64,000 nt of DNA from Candidatus Hydrogenedentota bacterium (lineage in GTDB: Bacteria > Hydrogenedentota > Hydrogenedentia > Hydrogenedentales > SLHB01). Within the stretch, counting starts at the first letter, position 1. Every line of letters begins with the position of its first letter. Location: assembly GCA_045863335.1 (NCBI GenBank), contig BTVY01000018.1:32001-96000 (forward strand), written 5' to 3'. The notes beneath the pieces are model-generated. The model made no database searches and was not told where the DNA came from. It worked only from the letters and a program-made list of their open reading frames with translations. A program made the translations under genes and the position numbers. Below are positions 55,774-64,000 of this stretch, piece after piece.

Positions 55774-58011
55774 ATGCCGTATGAGGAGATGCGTATGAAG
55801 TCGTTGAAAAAAACAAGCTTACTCGTTCTGTGCCTATTCATCTTCGCCGCCGGCTGCGGCGGTCCACAAGATGCCGAGGAGCCGGTCGAATCCGCCGCTC
55901 CGGATGAAGCCGTGCCAGCCAGTCCGGCTTCCCAGGCGGAGGCGACCGCTGCAGTGCCGACCGATGAAGAGCCGAAGGCGTCGGTAACCATCTATCGGGA
56001 CAAGTGGGGCGTGCCCCACATCTACGCAGATTCCGACGTGGCGGCAGCGTACGGGCTTGGATACGCGCAGGCGGAGGATCGGTTGGCGGACCTGCATGCA
56101 AACGTACGCACCGCGATCGGAACGGCGGCGGAAGTCTTCGGTTCCGACCACGTGGAATCGGATATGGCGATGCAGCTCGTTCAAAACGTGAAATTCTCCC
56201 AGGAACATTGGGCGGACACGCCTGGTGATTTGCGCGCGCTGTCGGAATCCTTCATTGACGGCGTTGAAGCCTATGCGGCGGAAAACCCGGACGAAATACC
56301 GGAGTGGGCGGTGGAACTGGAGCCCTGGCATTGCACCGCCATCGGACGCGCCATGATCATGCGCTGGCCTTTGGGGACCGTCTTCGACGACCTGAAAAAC
56401 CGTCAGGAGAAGCCGGCCATGGGCTCGAACGAGTGGAGCGTGGCGCCATCTCGCTCCGCGGACAACTGTGCGATTCTTCTGGCCGACCCGCACCTGACGT
56501 GGGAAGGGATGGCCGTGTTCTACGAAGCCCGCGTCCACGGTGAAAACCTGCACATGAACGGATTCTTCCTGCTGGGATCGCCTTTGATGGGGTTTGGACA
56601 CAGCGAGTTCGCTGGCTGGGCGCCCACCACCGGCGGCCCGGACACGTCGGACGTGTTCGAGGTCAGAATCGATCTGGCCAACAAGCTGATGCCCAAGTAC
56701 GAACTCAATGGGGAGTGGAAAACCGCAAGCGCGCGGCTCATGGTTGTCAATGTGAAGGGCGGCGACCCCGTCACCCAGCCAACCGCGGACACGGAGTTGG
56801 GACCCGTCGTGGAAATCGACGAAGACGCCGGCATCGCTTACGTTGGCGCGTCGCCGTATTTCGGTCCCAGCAATCTGTATCAACAGACGTACCGGATGCT
56901 AACGGCGACAACGGCGGAAGAGTTTCACAGCGCAATAGCCATGAACGAGTTCATGGAACAAAACCTGATGTATGCCGACCGGGAGGGCAACATCGGGTAC
57001 GTCCGCGCTGGGAAAACGCCCGTGCGCGCGGCCGGGTACGATTGGAATGCGCCGGTACCCGCGACGGCGGAGACGATCTGGACGGAGATCCACCCGATCG
57101 ACGATCTGGTAAGCATCGTCAACCCGCCGCAGGGATACATGCAGAACTGCAACATCAGCCCCGCGAACATGATGGTCGACTCCCCCATGACGCCGGACAA
57201 GTACCCCGGCTATATTTATAACGTTACGTGGGACGTGACGAATCCACGAGGCAAACGCAGTACGGCGCTGTTGTCGGAGGACGACTCCGTGACAAAGGCG
57301 GAGGCCATGGCCTATACGATGGATGTCTATGACATCCTGGCCGAACCCTGGAAGAGCGCGCTCCGCGGCGCCATTGACACGGCCGGCGAGCCGTACATGG
57401 CCGACGAAACATTCGCGACCGTTGTCAATCGAATCCTCGAATGGGATGGCAACTTCACGGTAGACAGCATGGCAACGCCGATCTACAAGAATTGGCGCCT
57501 GGCCTGCAACGGGAAGGTTGACGTGACGGCGATCTCCGAAGGCAGGACGCTTCCTCCGGATGCGAAGACGATCTTGCTGGACATACTGAAGGCCGAAGTC
57601 GAATCCTTCCAGGTCGCGCACGGGTCGGTGGATGTTGCCTGGGGTGATTTGTACAAGGTCGGCCGCGGAGAATTTCTGTATCCCGCGCCAGGCATGGACT
57701 TCGGCGGCTCGACGGACGGTCCGAACTTCAGCGAATCGCTCTTTGACGTCCGCAGCAAGGAAGATCCGGAGAATCCGGGGCAGTATATCGCGTACAGCGG
57801 CTCGATGGCGACGATGCTCATGTTCTTCCACAAGGATCGGATCGAATCGTATACCTGCACGCCATGGGGCCAGAGCGGCGACCCGACGTCGCCCCACTAC
57901 GCCGACCAGGCGCAGCACCTGTATTCAAAACGAGAGCTGAAACCGACGTGGTTCACACGCGAGGAAATCCTGGCTCACAAAGAATCAGAGAAGGTCTTGA
58001 CGATTCAGTGA
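55774..58011 (+). CDS. Penicillin acylase / Ntn-hydrolase (S45) lipoprotein
   Basis: Lipobox AAGC. RDKWGVPHIYA, GYAQAEDR, GSNEW (beta-subunit Ser), DPHL and GQSGDP.SPHY.DQ motifs. Confidence 0.92.
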   Translation: MPYEEMRMKSLKKTSLLVLCLFIFAAGCGGPQDAEEPVESAAPDEAVPASPASQAEATAAVPTDEEPKASVTIYRDKWGVPHIYADSDVAAAYGLGYAQAEDRLADLHANVRTAIGTAAEVFGSDHVESDMAMQLVQNVKFSQEHWADTPGDLRALSESFIDGVEAYAAENPDEIPEWAVELEPWHCTAIGRAMIMRWPLGTVFDDLKNRQEKPAMGSNEWSVAPSRSADNCAILLADPHLTWEGMAVFYEARVHGENLHMNGFFLLGSPLMGFGHSEFAGWAPTTGGPDTSDVFEVRIDLANKLMPKYELNGEWKTASARLMVVNVKGGDPVTQPTADTELGPVVEIDEDAGIAYVGASPYFGPSNLYQQTYRMLTATTAEEFHSAIAMNEFMEQNLMYADREGNIGYVRAGKTPVRAAGYDWNAPVPATAETIWTEIHPIDDLVSIVNPPQGYMQNCNISPANMMVDSPMTPDKYPGYIYNVTWDVTNPRGKRSTALLSEDDSVTKAEAMAYTMDVYDILAEPWKSALRGAIDTAGEPYMADETFATVVNRILEWDGNFTVDSMATPIYKNWRLACNGKVDVTAISEGRTLPPDAKTILLDILKAEVESFQVAHGSVDVAWGDLYKVGRGEFLYPAPGMDFGGSTDGPNFSESLFDVRSKEDPENPGQYIAYSGSMATMLMFFHKDRIESYTCTPWGQSGDPTSPHYADQAQHLYSKRELKPTWFTREEILAHKESEKVLTIQ

Positions 58012-59012
58012 ATGCGCCGCGGGATTCGCTCGATATCCTGGCGGACGTAATCCGCCAGCACTACGACTTGGGACGTGTGGACCGGCCTGCCCGGCTGGAG
58101 GCCGCCCACCAGCGCCGTCACCAGAAGATTGTGGTGAACACGGCATTGGGACGCTTTCTCGCCAAGACGTACAAGCGGGATCCCTACGTACTGGACGCCT
58201 TGCGGTTTCAGCACCGGTTGTCGGATTTTCTGGCACAGAATAACGTTCCCGTCGCTGGAATTCAGCCGGCCAGCGACGGGAAACGAATTGTCGAACTGGA
58301 CACCTGGGCCCTCGAACTGCAGGAATTCGTCGAGGGCGCATCCATGGTGGTTTCCAAAGAGACGCTCGCCATTTCGGCGGAAACGCTCGGAAAGTTTCAT
58401 GAGGTGTGCCGCGACTTCCCGCGTCCCGAGCGGGATACGCGCATGTGGCGGTTTAGTGAGGTGCCTCGTTCGTCGTTTGCCGCGCTGTACCAGACGGCAA
58501 AATCGCAGGAGGACTCGGAAGCGCTCACAGCGCACTGCAACCGCATCGCGCTCTTCCTCCGCGACGCTGCGGAAGCGTTGAGTCTGGAGCAGCGGGGCCG
58601 TTTTGAAACCGGCTTGATTCACGGCGACTGGCACAGCGGCAACCTCATCTTCCGCGATGAGCGCCTGGCCGCCGTCGTCGATTTGGAGTTCGCGGGCGAC
58701 GGCTGCTACCTGGAAGACTTGGCGTACGCGATTTCCAATCTCTGCGTTCGGACGACCATGCGCGAAGAGCGCCTGGCGAAACGGACGGATCAACTGTTGG
58801 ATCACTACCAGCGGTATCGCACCTTGTCCTACTACGAGGAAGCGGCGCTGTATTACGCCGTGGGCGTCAAACATATCGCCACGGTGTCCTACCAGATTCA
58901 ACAGCAAGGCGCCATCGTCGCCGGCCACACCGCGGCATCCTGGATGGAACGGCTCGCCATTCAATGCGGTTGGCTGGCGGAGCGGGCGCAAAAGGTTCGT
59001 TGGGGAAAGTAA
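58008..59012 (+). CDS. Aminoglycoside/homoserine kinase type II-like phosphotransferase
   Basis: IHGDWHSGN (Brenner motif), VDLE and EDLA. GTG start overlaps the upstream TGA. Confidence 0.85.
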   Translation: MNAPRDSLDILADVIRQHYDLGRVDRPARLEAAHQRRHQKIVVNTALGRFLAKTYKRDPYVLDALRFQHRLSDFLAQNNVPVAGIQPASDGKRIVELDTWALELQEFVEGASMVVSKETLAISAETLGKFHEVCRDFPRPERDTRMWRFSEVPRSSFAALYQTAKSQEDSEALTAHCNRIALFLRDAAEALSLEQRGRFETGLIHGDWHSGNLIFRDERLAAVVDLEFAGDGCYLEDLAYAISNLCVRTTMREERLAKRTDQLLDHYQRYRTLSYYEEAALYYAVGVKHIATVSYQIQQQGAIVAGHTAASWMERLAIQCGWLAERAQKVRWGK

Positions 59013-59015
59013 TCC

Positions 59016-60011
59016 TTACCGTATCCGGCTTTTCGCTCCCGAGTCCCACAAGTCAGCATTTGTGCCGAGATGGGTTTTGACCCGGCCGGTGACGCGGTCG
59101 AGTTCGTCGATAACCGATTGATCGAGCGCGAGTTCGGCTGCAGCCAGATTGCGATTGATCTGATCGGGTCGCCTCCCGCCAACGACGACGCATGCAATCC
59201 CGGGCTTCGCAATAAGCCACGCCAGCGCGACCGTGGCCATGGATTCCCCGGCTTCCCGGGCAATGGATCGAATCCCGGCAAGCGCATCCAACACCGCCTG
59301 CTCGCACCCGGTTTCGTCGTGACGCGTGCCTTCGCGATCCGATGCGAAGTGCCGCGTTCGCCGCCGTTGCACGGGGATTTTGTCGATGGTCTCCCAGCGA
59401 CCGGTCAACACCCCCTGCATGAGAGGCATGTACGCCATTACGCCGATGCCGCGGGCGAAGCACGCCGGAAGGATATCCCACTCGATCGCGCGGAACAGCA
59501 AGTTGTAGCCGAGCTGATTCGAGACGCAGGTCCCGGCGGCAAGCCAATTCCCGAGATCGCGAACGCCGAAGTTCGATACGCCAATGGTGCGGATCTTGCC
59601 TTCCTCGCGCAATCGCTCCAGCGCGCCGCACACGTCCGCGAAGGGCACATCGCGCGGCGGCCAGTGGACTTGATACAGGTCGATGACCGAGGCGCCGAGC
59701 CGCTGAAGACTCGCTTCGCAGGACGCCCGCAACGCGGCCGGAGCGCAGTTTTCGGGCGAGACCTTAGTCGCGATGAGGACGGAATCCCGGCGTCCTTTCA
59801 GCGCGCGCCCAAGCACCCGTTCCGACTCGCCGTTTCCATACATTTCCGCGGTATCGAACAAATTGATTCCGGCGTCAAGAGCGGCATCCACCGTGGATTG
59901 GATGTCGGAGGCGGTACTGTTTCCCCAGTATCCGGCATCCCCCATCTGCCACGCGCCGAATGCGAGCACGGAAACGTCGAAACCGCTGTTGCCCAAGGGT
60001 CGGTAATGCAT
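59016..60011 (-). CDS. Aldo/keto reductase
   Basis: FDTAEMYG, IATK, SLQRL..IDLYQVHWP, IGVSNF and NQLGYNLLFR motifs. Confidence 0.93.
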   Translation of the reverse strand: MHYRPLGNSGFDVSVLAFGAWQMGDAGYWGNSTASDIQSTVDAALDAGINLFDTAEMYGNGESERVLGRALKGRRDSVLIATKVSPENCAPAALRASCEASLQRLGASVIDLYQVHWPPRDVPFADVCGALERLREEGKIRTIGVSNFGVRDLGNWLAAGTCVSNQLGYNLLFRAIEWDILPACFARGIGVMAYMPLMQGVLTGRWETIDKIPVQRRRTRHFASDREGTRHDETGCEQAVLDALAGIRSIAREAGESMATVALAWLIAKPGIACVVVGGRRPDQINRNLAAAELALDQSVIDELDRVTGRVKTHLGTNADLWDSGAKSRIR

Positions 60012-60132
60012 GATGAATACCAGGTGCCCAAAAATCGTTCTATTCGGAGACCATAGTCTTGCAGATGCGCGTCCGCGGTGTCGAGTCCTTCGGTACCGCA
60101 ACGCGTTATGCGATACCGTTCGGAGTTGCGCC

Positions 60133-61038
60133 ATGCGACATATGATGTTGATGCTCGCCGGATTCTGTCTGACAATCGCGGCGGCCGCGCAGAACACCGG
60201 CGCGGCGCCCGGACCGGAGATTGTCGTTGCCGAGCCCGGCGCGACATTGCTTGCGGACGAGATGGGCTTCCTCCGGGTCCGTGCGATTCGCGGTCCCGAT
60301 TGGGAGATCGAGAAGGTGAGGAATCCGGAAGGCGTATGGATCGCCGAACTGCGTTCGCGCGGCGCGAAGGTCATGGAGTTCGCGGATTGCGGCGAACGCG
60401 AGGAATGGATGCGGTTCATGCTGTGGCCGATTGACGCGGCAGACCCGGATCTGCTGCTCGTTCTCCGTTATTCGGGTGGCATCGACGGATCCGACGCTCT
60501 CGACATCATCCACCTCAAGAATAACTTTCGAACGCTGCTTCGGTCCGCCGCCGAGTTCAAATTTCACCAGGTGACGGACTTGAACGGAGATGCGTGGCCG
60601 GAGGTGGTAGGCGCCAGCCGTCACTATGCCTATTTTCTCGATCTGCCCCGCGAATTGAGTCCCTTCCCAACGGTCATCCTTTCCTATCGCCCGGACGCAA
60701 AGAAGTACCAATGTCAGAATCATCGATTCCCGGATCTGGCGCGCGAGAAGGCGGAGATCCACCGGAAGGAATTCGAACAGAATCAACAGGCGGCAGGTAC
60801 TTTCGCGTACGATCGCTGGAACCAGAACAGCCGCCAGGCGCTCGCGTCGCTTGTGTCGTGGATACTTGGAATGTGCTACCGGGGCGAGAGTGAAGTGGCG
60901 TGGGCATATCTGCATGAATTCACGACGCCGGAGACCGCCAATTTGATCCAGCCCGTCATCGCCGAGCGTCTCGCGACGGAACCGTACTACCAGGAAGTGC
61001 TCCGTACCCAGGCCCGCGACAGTGCGCCACAGAATTAA
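60133..61038 (+). CDS. Hypothetical secreted protein
   Basis: Signal peptide (AAAAQ). One FG-GAP-like DLNGDAWPEVV loop. Confidence 0.7.
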   Translation: MRHMMLMLAGFCLTIAAAAQNTGAAPGPEIVVAEPGATLLADEMGFLRVRAIRGPDWEIEKVRNPEGVWIAELRSRGAKVMEFADCGEREEWMRFMLWPIDAADPDLLLVLRYSGGIDGSDALDIIHLKNNFRTLLRSAAEFKFHQVTDLNGDAWPEVVGASRHYAYFLDLPRELSPFPTVILSYRPDAKKYQCQNHRFPDLAREKAEIHRKEFEQNQQAAGTFAYDRWNQNSRQALASLVSWILGMCYRGESEVAWAYLHEFTTPETANLIQPVIAERLATEPYYQEVLRTQARDSAPQN

Positions 61039-61841
61039 TCGCGGCGCGCTCGCGTGGAACGCTTCACCCCGCTGCGCAGAACCGCTGGCGCGACCGCTTT
61101 GACGCCGTACGCGCAGGCAATCATCGCGGGAACGGTAATCTCGCGTTTTCCCTTGGCGAGCCCGTTGAACACTGCATCCACCACGCGCTCTGGTTTGATC
61201 ATGGATCGCAGGGCCACCTCGGGCATGCGTTCGCGATCCGCTTCGCTGAAGAACTCCGTATCGATGGCGCCGGGGCACACGGTCAGCACGTGTACGCCGC
61301 TGTCTTCCACTTCGATGGAGAGGGCCTCACTGAGGCCCACCATGGCGAATTTCGTCGCGGAGTAGACACTCTCGCCGGGCACACCGATCTTCCCGGCCAC
61401 CGAGGCCATCATCACGATCCACCCTGAGCCGCGCTCGACCATGTCCGGCAGCAAGGCCTTGGTCCAGTATACGGTGCCGAGGAAATTCACACGCACCATG
61501 CGCTCGATATCGGCGATATCCCATTCCAGGAAACGAAAGTGGCCTCCGTATCCAGCATTGTTCACGAGTACATCCACGCCGCCCCACCGATCCAGGATTG
61601 CGTCCGCGCTCTTCTGAACGGCATCAACATCCTCCACGTCGCAGGGAAAGACAATGGTTTCGCCGCCCAAGGCGTTGGCCGTATCCGCGACCTCGCGCAA
61701 CCGATCCTCCCGCCGCGCCACGAGCGCTACGCGCGCGCCTTCGGACGCCGCGCGAAGCGCCAGGAGCCTCCCGATGCCGCTGGACGCGCCGGTGATCACG
61801 ACGCGCTTGTCGTTCCACGAAGTCAGTCGCTTTCGAGCCAT
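61035..61841 (-). CDS. Short-chain dehydrogenase/reductase
   Basis: TGASSGIG, NNAG, YSATK and VCPG motifs. Confidence 0.93.
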   Translation of the reverse strand: MARKRLTSWNDKRVVITGASSGIGRLLALRAASEGARVALVARREDRLREVADTANALGGETIVFPCDVEDVDAVQKSADAILDRWGGVDVLVNNAGYGGHFRFLEWDIADIERMVRVNFLGTVYWTKALLPDMVERGSGWIVMMASVAGKIGVPGESVYSATKFAMVGLSEALSIEVEDSGVHVLTVCPGAIDTEFFSEADRERMPEVALRSMIKPERVVDAVFNGLAKGKREITVPAMIACAYGVKAVAPAVLRSGVKRSTRARRD

Positions 61842-61990
61842 TCTTTGTTCCCCGGAGTGTTGCGGGCACATGGTAGCACACTGCAAACGGCGAACCCGGT
61901 TTCGACCCGTCACCGCAACGACCTACCGAAATTGGACGGTATACCCTCTCCGTGGCTTGGGGCATCCTCTCGCAAGCCTCGTGCATGTTG

Positions 61991-62033
61991 TTTTGAATTT
62001 TGGCCCTTAGAATTCGTTTCGGATTTCGGATCT
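61991..62033. repeat. Degenerate heptamer repeat (TTTCGGA-like)
   Basis: TTTTGAA TTTTGGC CCTTAGA ATTCG TTTCGGA TTTCGGA TCT, in the divergent intergenic region. Confidence 0.4.
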
Positions 62034-62142
62034 TGCTTGCAGTTCTGTTGTTCCGGCTCTCCCCGCGTGAAACTTCCTCTGTCCCCTTGGTATGGTAGCT
62101 GTAACGAAACCGCTGGCCATGAACCCAGAGGTTGTGAATACC

Positions 62143-63612
62143 ATGCACGTACTTCTTTCCCTCATTGCGGCGATCTCCGCGGTGCAACAGGCGCCACTTC
62201 CTGCAACCGCACCCACGCCGCAGGCGTCGCCCATCTATACCCCGGGCATGAAGCTCTACGTCAACGCATCGGGATTGGCGTTTCGTAGGGGTCCGTCGCT
62301 GGAAACCGAGCGAATCCACTACATCACGCACGGTGACGAAGTCACGGTCCTCGAAGACAACCGGGTTCCCGTGACCTTCGAAGCCGAAGGGATCAAGGGG
62401 CACTGGCTCTTCGTGCAACACGGCGCATTCAAGGGCTATGTATTCGACGGATTCCTCTCGCCCGAGCCGCCGCCGCTGGATTCGCGCATCGACTGGACCT
62501 TTGTGCCGGGCGCCCGGGTTGGACCCATCACGGCGAAAACGGACTACGAGGCGCTGGTGACGATCTTTGGCGCGGAACATGTGGTGGACGCGCCCGTCGA
62601 ATTGGGCGAGGGAGAAACTGAACCCGGGACGGCGATCATCATCGGACAATCGGAGGCCTTTACGACCATCCAATGGACCGTGTATCGCGAACAGCCCAAG
62701 GCCGTTCATATCCGCGGCGCGAACAGTCCGTGGAAGTCGCTCGATGGAATTGGAATTGGAACTCCCCTGGCAACGCTGGAAAAACTGAACGGAAAACCCA
62801 TCGACTTTGCCGGGTTTGGTTGGGACTACGCGGGAACGGTCACGGGCTGGAATGGCGGCGCGCTGGAGCGATCCTATGCGGTGCGATCGCGGTTTAGCTG
62901 CGCGCTGGCCCCGACGGAGCCGTACCCGCGGGACGAGTTCGACGCGTTCCTGGGCGATTCCATATTCTCATCGGACTTGGCGGCGGTTGACCGGTTGAAC
63001 CTTCGCATCGTGCAAATGGTCGTCCACCTGGAGCCGGAACTCAAGACGACACGAACGCCCGCGAACGTTGCTACGCGCGCCTACTCCGCCGGCGCCACCT
63101 ACTACGTTCTGGCCTCGAAACTGAACATGCGCGTCAAACCCGAACTTGGGGCCGGCCTCGTAGCCAGCATTCCGTACGGCGCCCAGGTCACCATCGCGAA
63201 CGAAGAAGACCCCGGCACACCGCTCACATCGGAGGGCATGCCGGGGCAATGGGTCTCGGTCGAGTACTCCGGCCTGCGCGGATACGTCTTTGACGCCTAC
63301 CTGTCGCCCTTACCCGCGCCGAGCCAGGGCTGCAACGGCCTGACGGACTACATCCAATCCATTTCAGCCCTCGCGCAACAAGAAGCCGGGGCCGGCGGAA
63401 ACGAAGTTCTGACAGTGAAGGGCTTTTCGCTGCCCCAAGCGTTCGTACTGGCGAAGCGCGCGATCCCGGCTTTTGCAGGAGCCTCGTACGTGGTGGATGG
63501 CAGCGGCGGCGTCACCGTACAGAGCGGTGCGTCCACGCTTACCATCCACCAGGAGCCAAACGATACCGTTCGGATTTGCGTCGAACACGCACGCGGCGCA
63601 TTCGCACCGTAA
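62143..63612 (+). CDS. Secreted protein with two bacterial SH3-like domains
   Basis: Signal peptide. Two repeats: YV.ASGL.FR.GPS..W..V..G.KGYVFDGFL and YV.AS.LN.R.KP..W.SV.Y.G.RGYVFDAYL. Confidence 0.8.
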   Translation: MHVLLSLIAAISAVQQAPLPATAPTPQASPIYTPGMKLYVNASGLAFRRGPSLETERIHYITHGDEVTVLEDNRVPVTFEAEGIKGHWLFVQHGAFKGYVFDGFLSPEPPPLDSRIDWTFVPGARVGPITAKTDYEALVTIFGAEHVVDAPVELGEGETEPGTAIIIGQSEAFTTIQWTVYREQPKAVHIRGANSPWKSLDGIGIGTPLATLEKLNGKPIDFAGFGWDYAGTVTGWNGGALERSYAVRSRFSCALAPTEPYPRDEFDAFLGDSIFSSDLAAVDRLNLRIVQMVVHLEPELKTTRTPANVATRAYSAGATYYVLASKLNMRVKPELGAGLVASIPYGAQVTIANEEDPGTPLTSEGMPGQWVSVEYSGLRGYVFDAYLSPLPAPSQGCNGLTDYIQSISALAQQEAGAGGNEVLTVKGFSLPQAFVLAKRAIPAFAGASYVVDGSGGVTVQSGASTLTIHQEPNDTVRICVEHARGAFAP

Positions 63613-63618
63613 CCTGCC

Positions 63619-64000
63619 TTACACCGAGCCCACCTGCGCGTACGCGTCTACGGTCGCCTCGATCGTGTAATCCACGTCCTGCAAGGGGATGGAACGAGGC
63701 GTCATCTCGACCCTCAGTTTCGGGCACTCTTGCGACGGATTCTCATCGTTCTCGCGAATGAGGTCGAGGAAATCGACTGGTTCGGGCGGTACCAGCGAGA
63801 TTTCCGTGCCTAGCCCGTTTTGATTGGAGGCGGTACCCAGGACGACTGGATCCTGATCCTGCCCGTTCACGGGCGCCGGGATGTAGGACACCGTGATGGA
63901 GGACAGGAAATTGAAATTCCCCGAGGTGGCGGTGAGTTTCGTCTCAACGAGTTCCAGACCGCTCAAGCGGATAAAGTTGCTGATGTCGACGCCGCCCACC
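63619..64000 (-). CDS. Hypothetical protein (5'-truncated by window edge)
   Basis: Open frame to the window end with natural protein composition. Confidence 0.55.
   Translation of the reverse strand, partial: VGGVDISNFIRLSGLELVETKLTATSGNFNFLSSITVSYIPAPVNGQDQDPVVLGTASNQNGLGTEISLVPPEPVDFLDLIRENDENPSQECPKLRVEMTPRSIPLQDVDYTIEATVDAYAQVGSV

Noticed and set aside
1-64000. tRNA/rRNA genes
   Set aside because: No cloverleaf with T-loop/CCA or rRNA-like segment was recognised in the intergenic regions by eye.

Overview
GC-rich bacterial chromosomal window with about 55 genes and no rRNA, tRNA, CRISPR array or transposase seen. The many lipoproteins, the M56/HEAT protein, the DUF1080 gene and the intergenic repeat style suggest a Hydrogenedentota/PVC-like organism; this is inference only. 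Housekeeping genes include mpl/murC-like (partial), tadA, a sigma-70 factor, apt, nnrE, pilT, tsaD, murI, an amidase and a GerMN protein. Accessory loci are a sugar kinase-SIS-GH38 operon, a TetR-controlled RND efflux operon with a perfect 30-bp operator, and a BlaI plus M56-HEAT-SecDF-head system with two operators. The most notable locus (29.4-38.9 kb) is a fatty acyl-AMP ligase, a single-module PKS (ACP-KS-AT-KR-ACP-sulfotransferase-thioesterase) and an Sfp PPTase. It resembles the cyanobacterial Ols/CurM olefin synthase, but has a different gene split, a PpsA-like loading ACP and a conventional type-I TE, so the product may be a sulfated lipid rather than an olefin. Also present are an AT-richer HNH plus small partner islet, two REPIN-like inverted-repeat elements flanking one gene, and several families of 6/7/9/10-bp tandem repeats, some in inverted pairs and some in frame. 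All family assignments come from motif recognition by eye; no searches were run.
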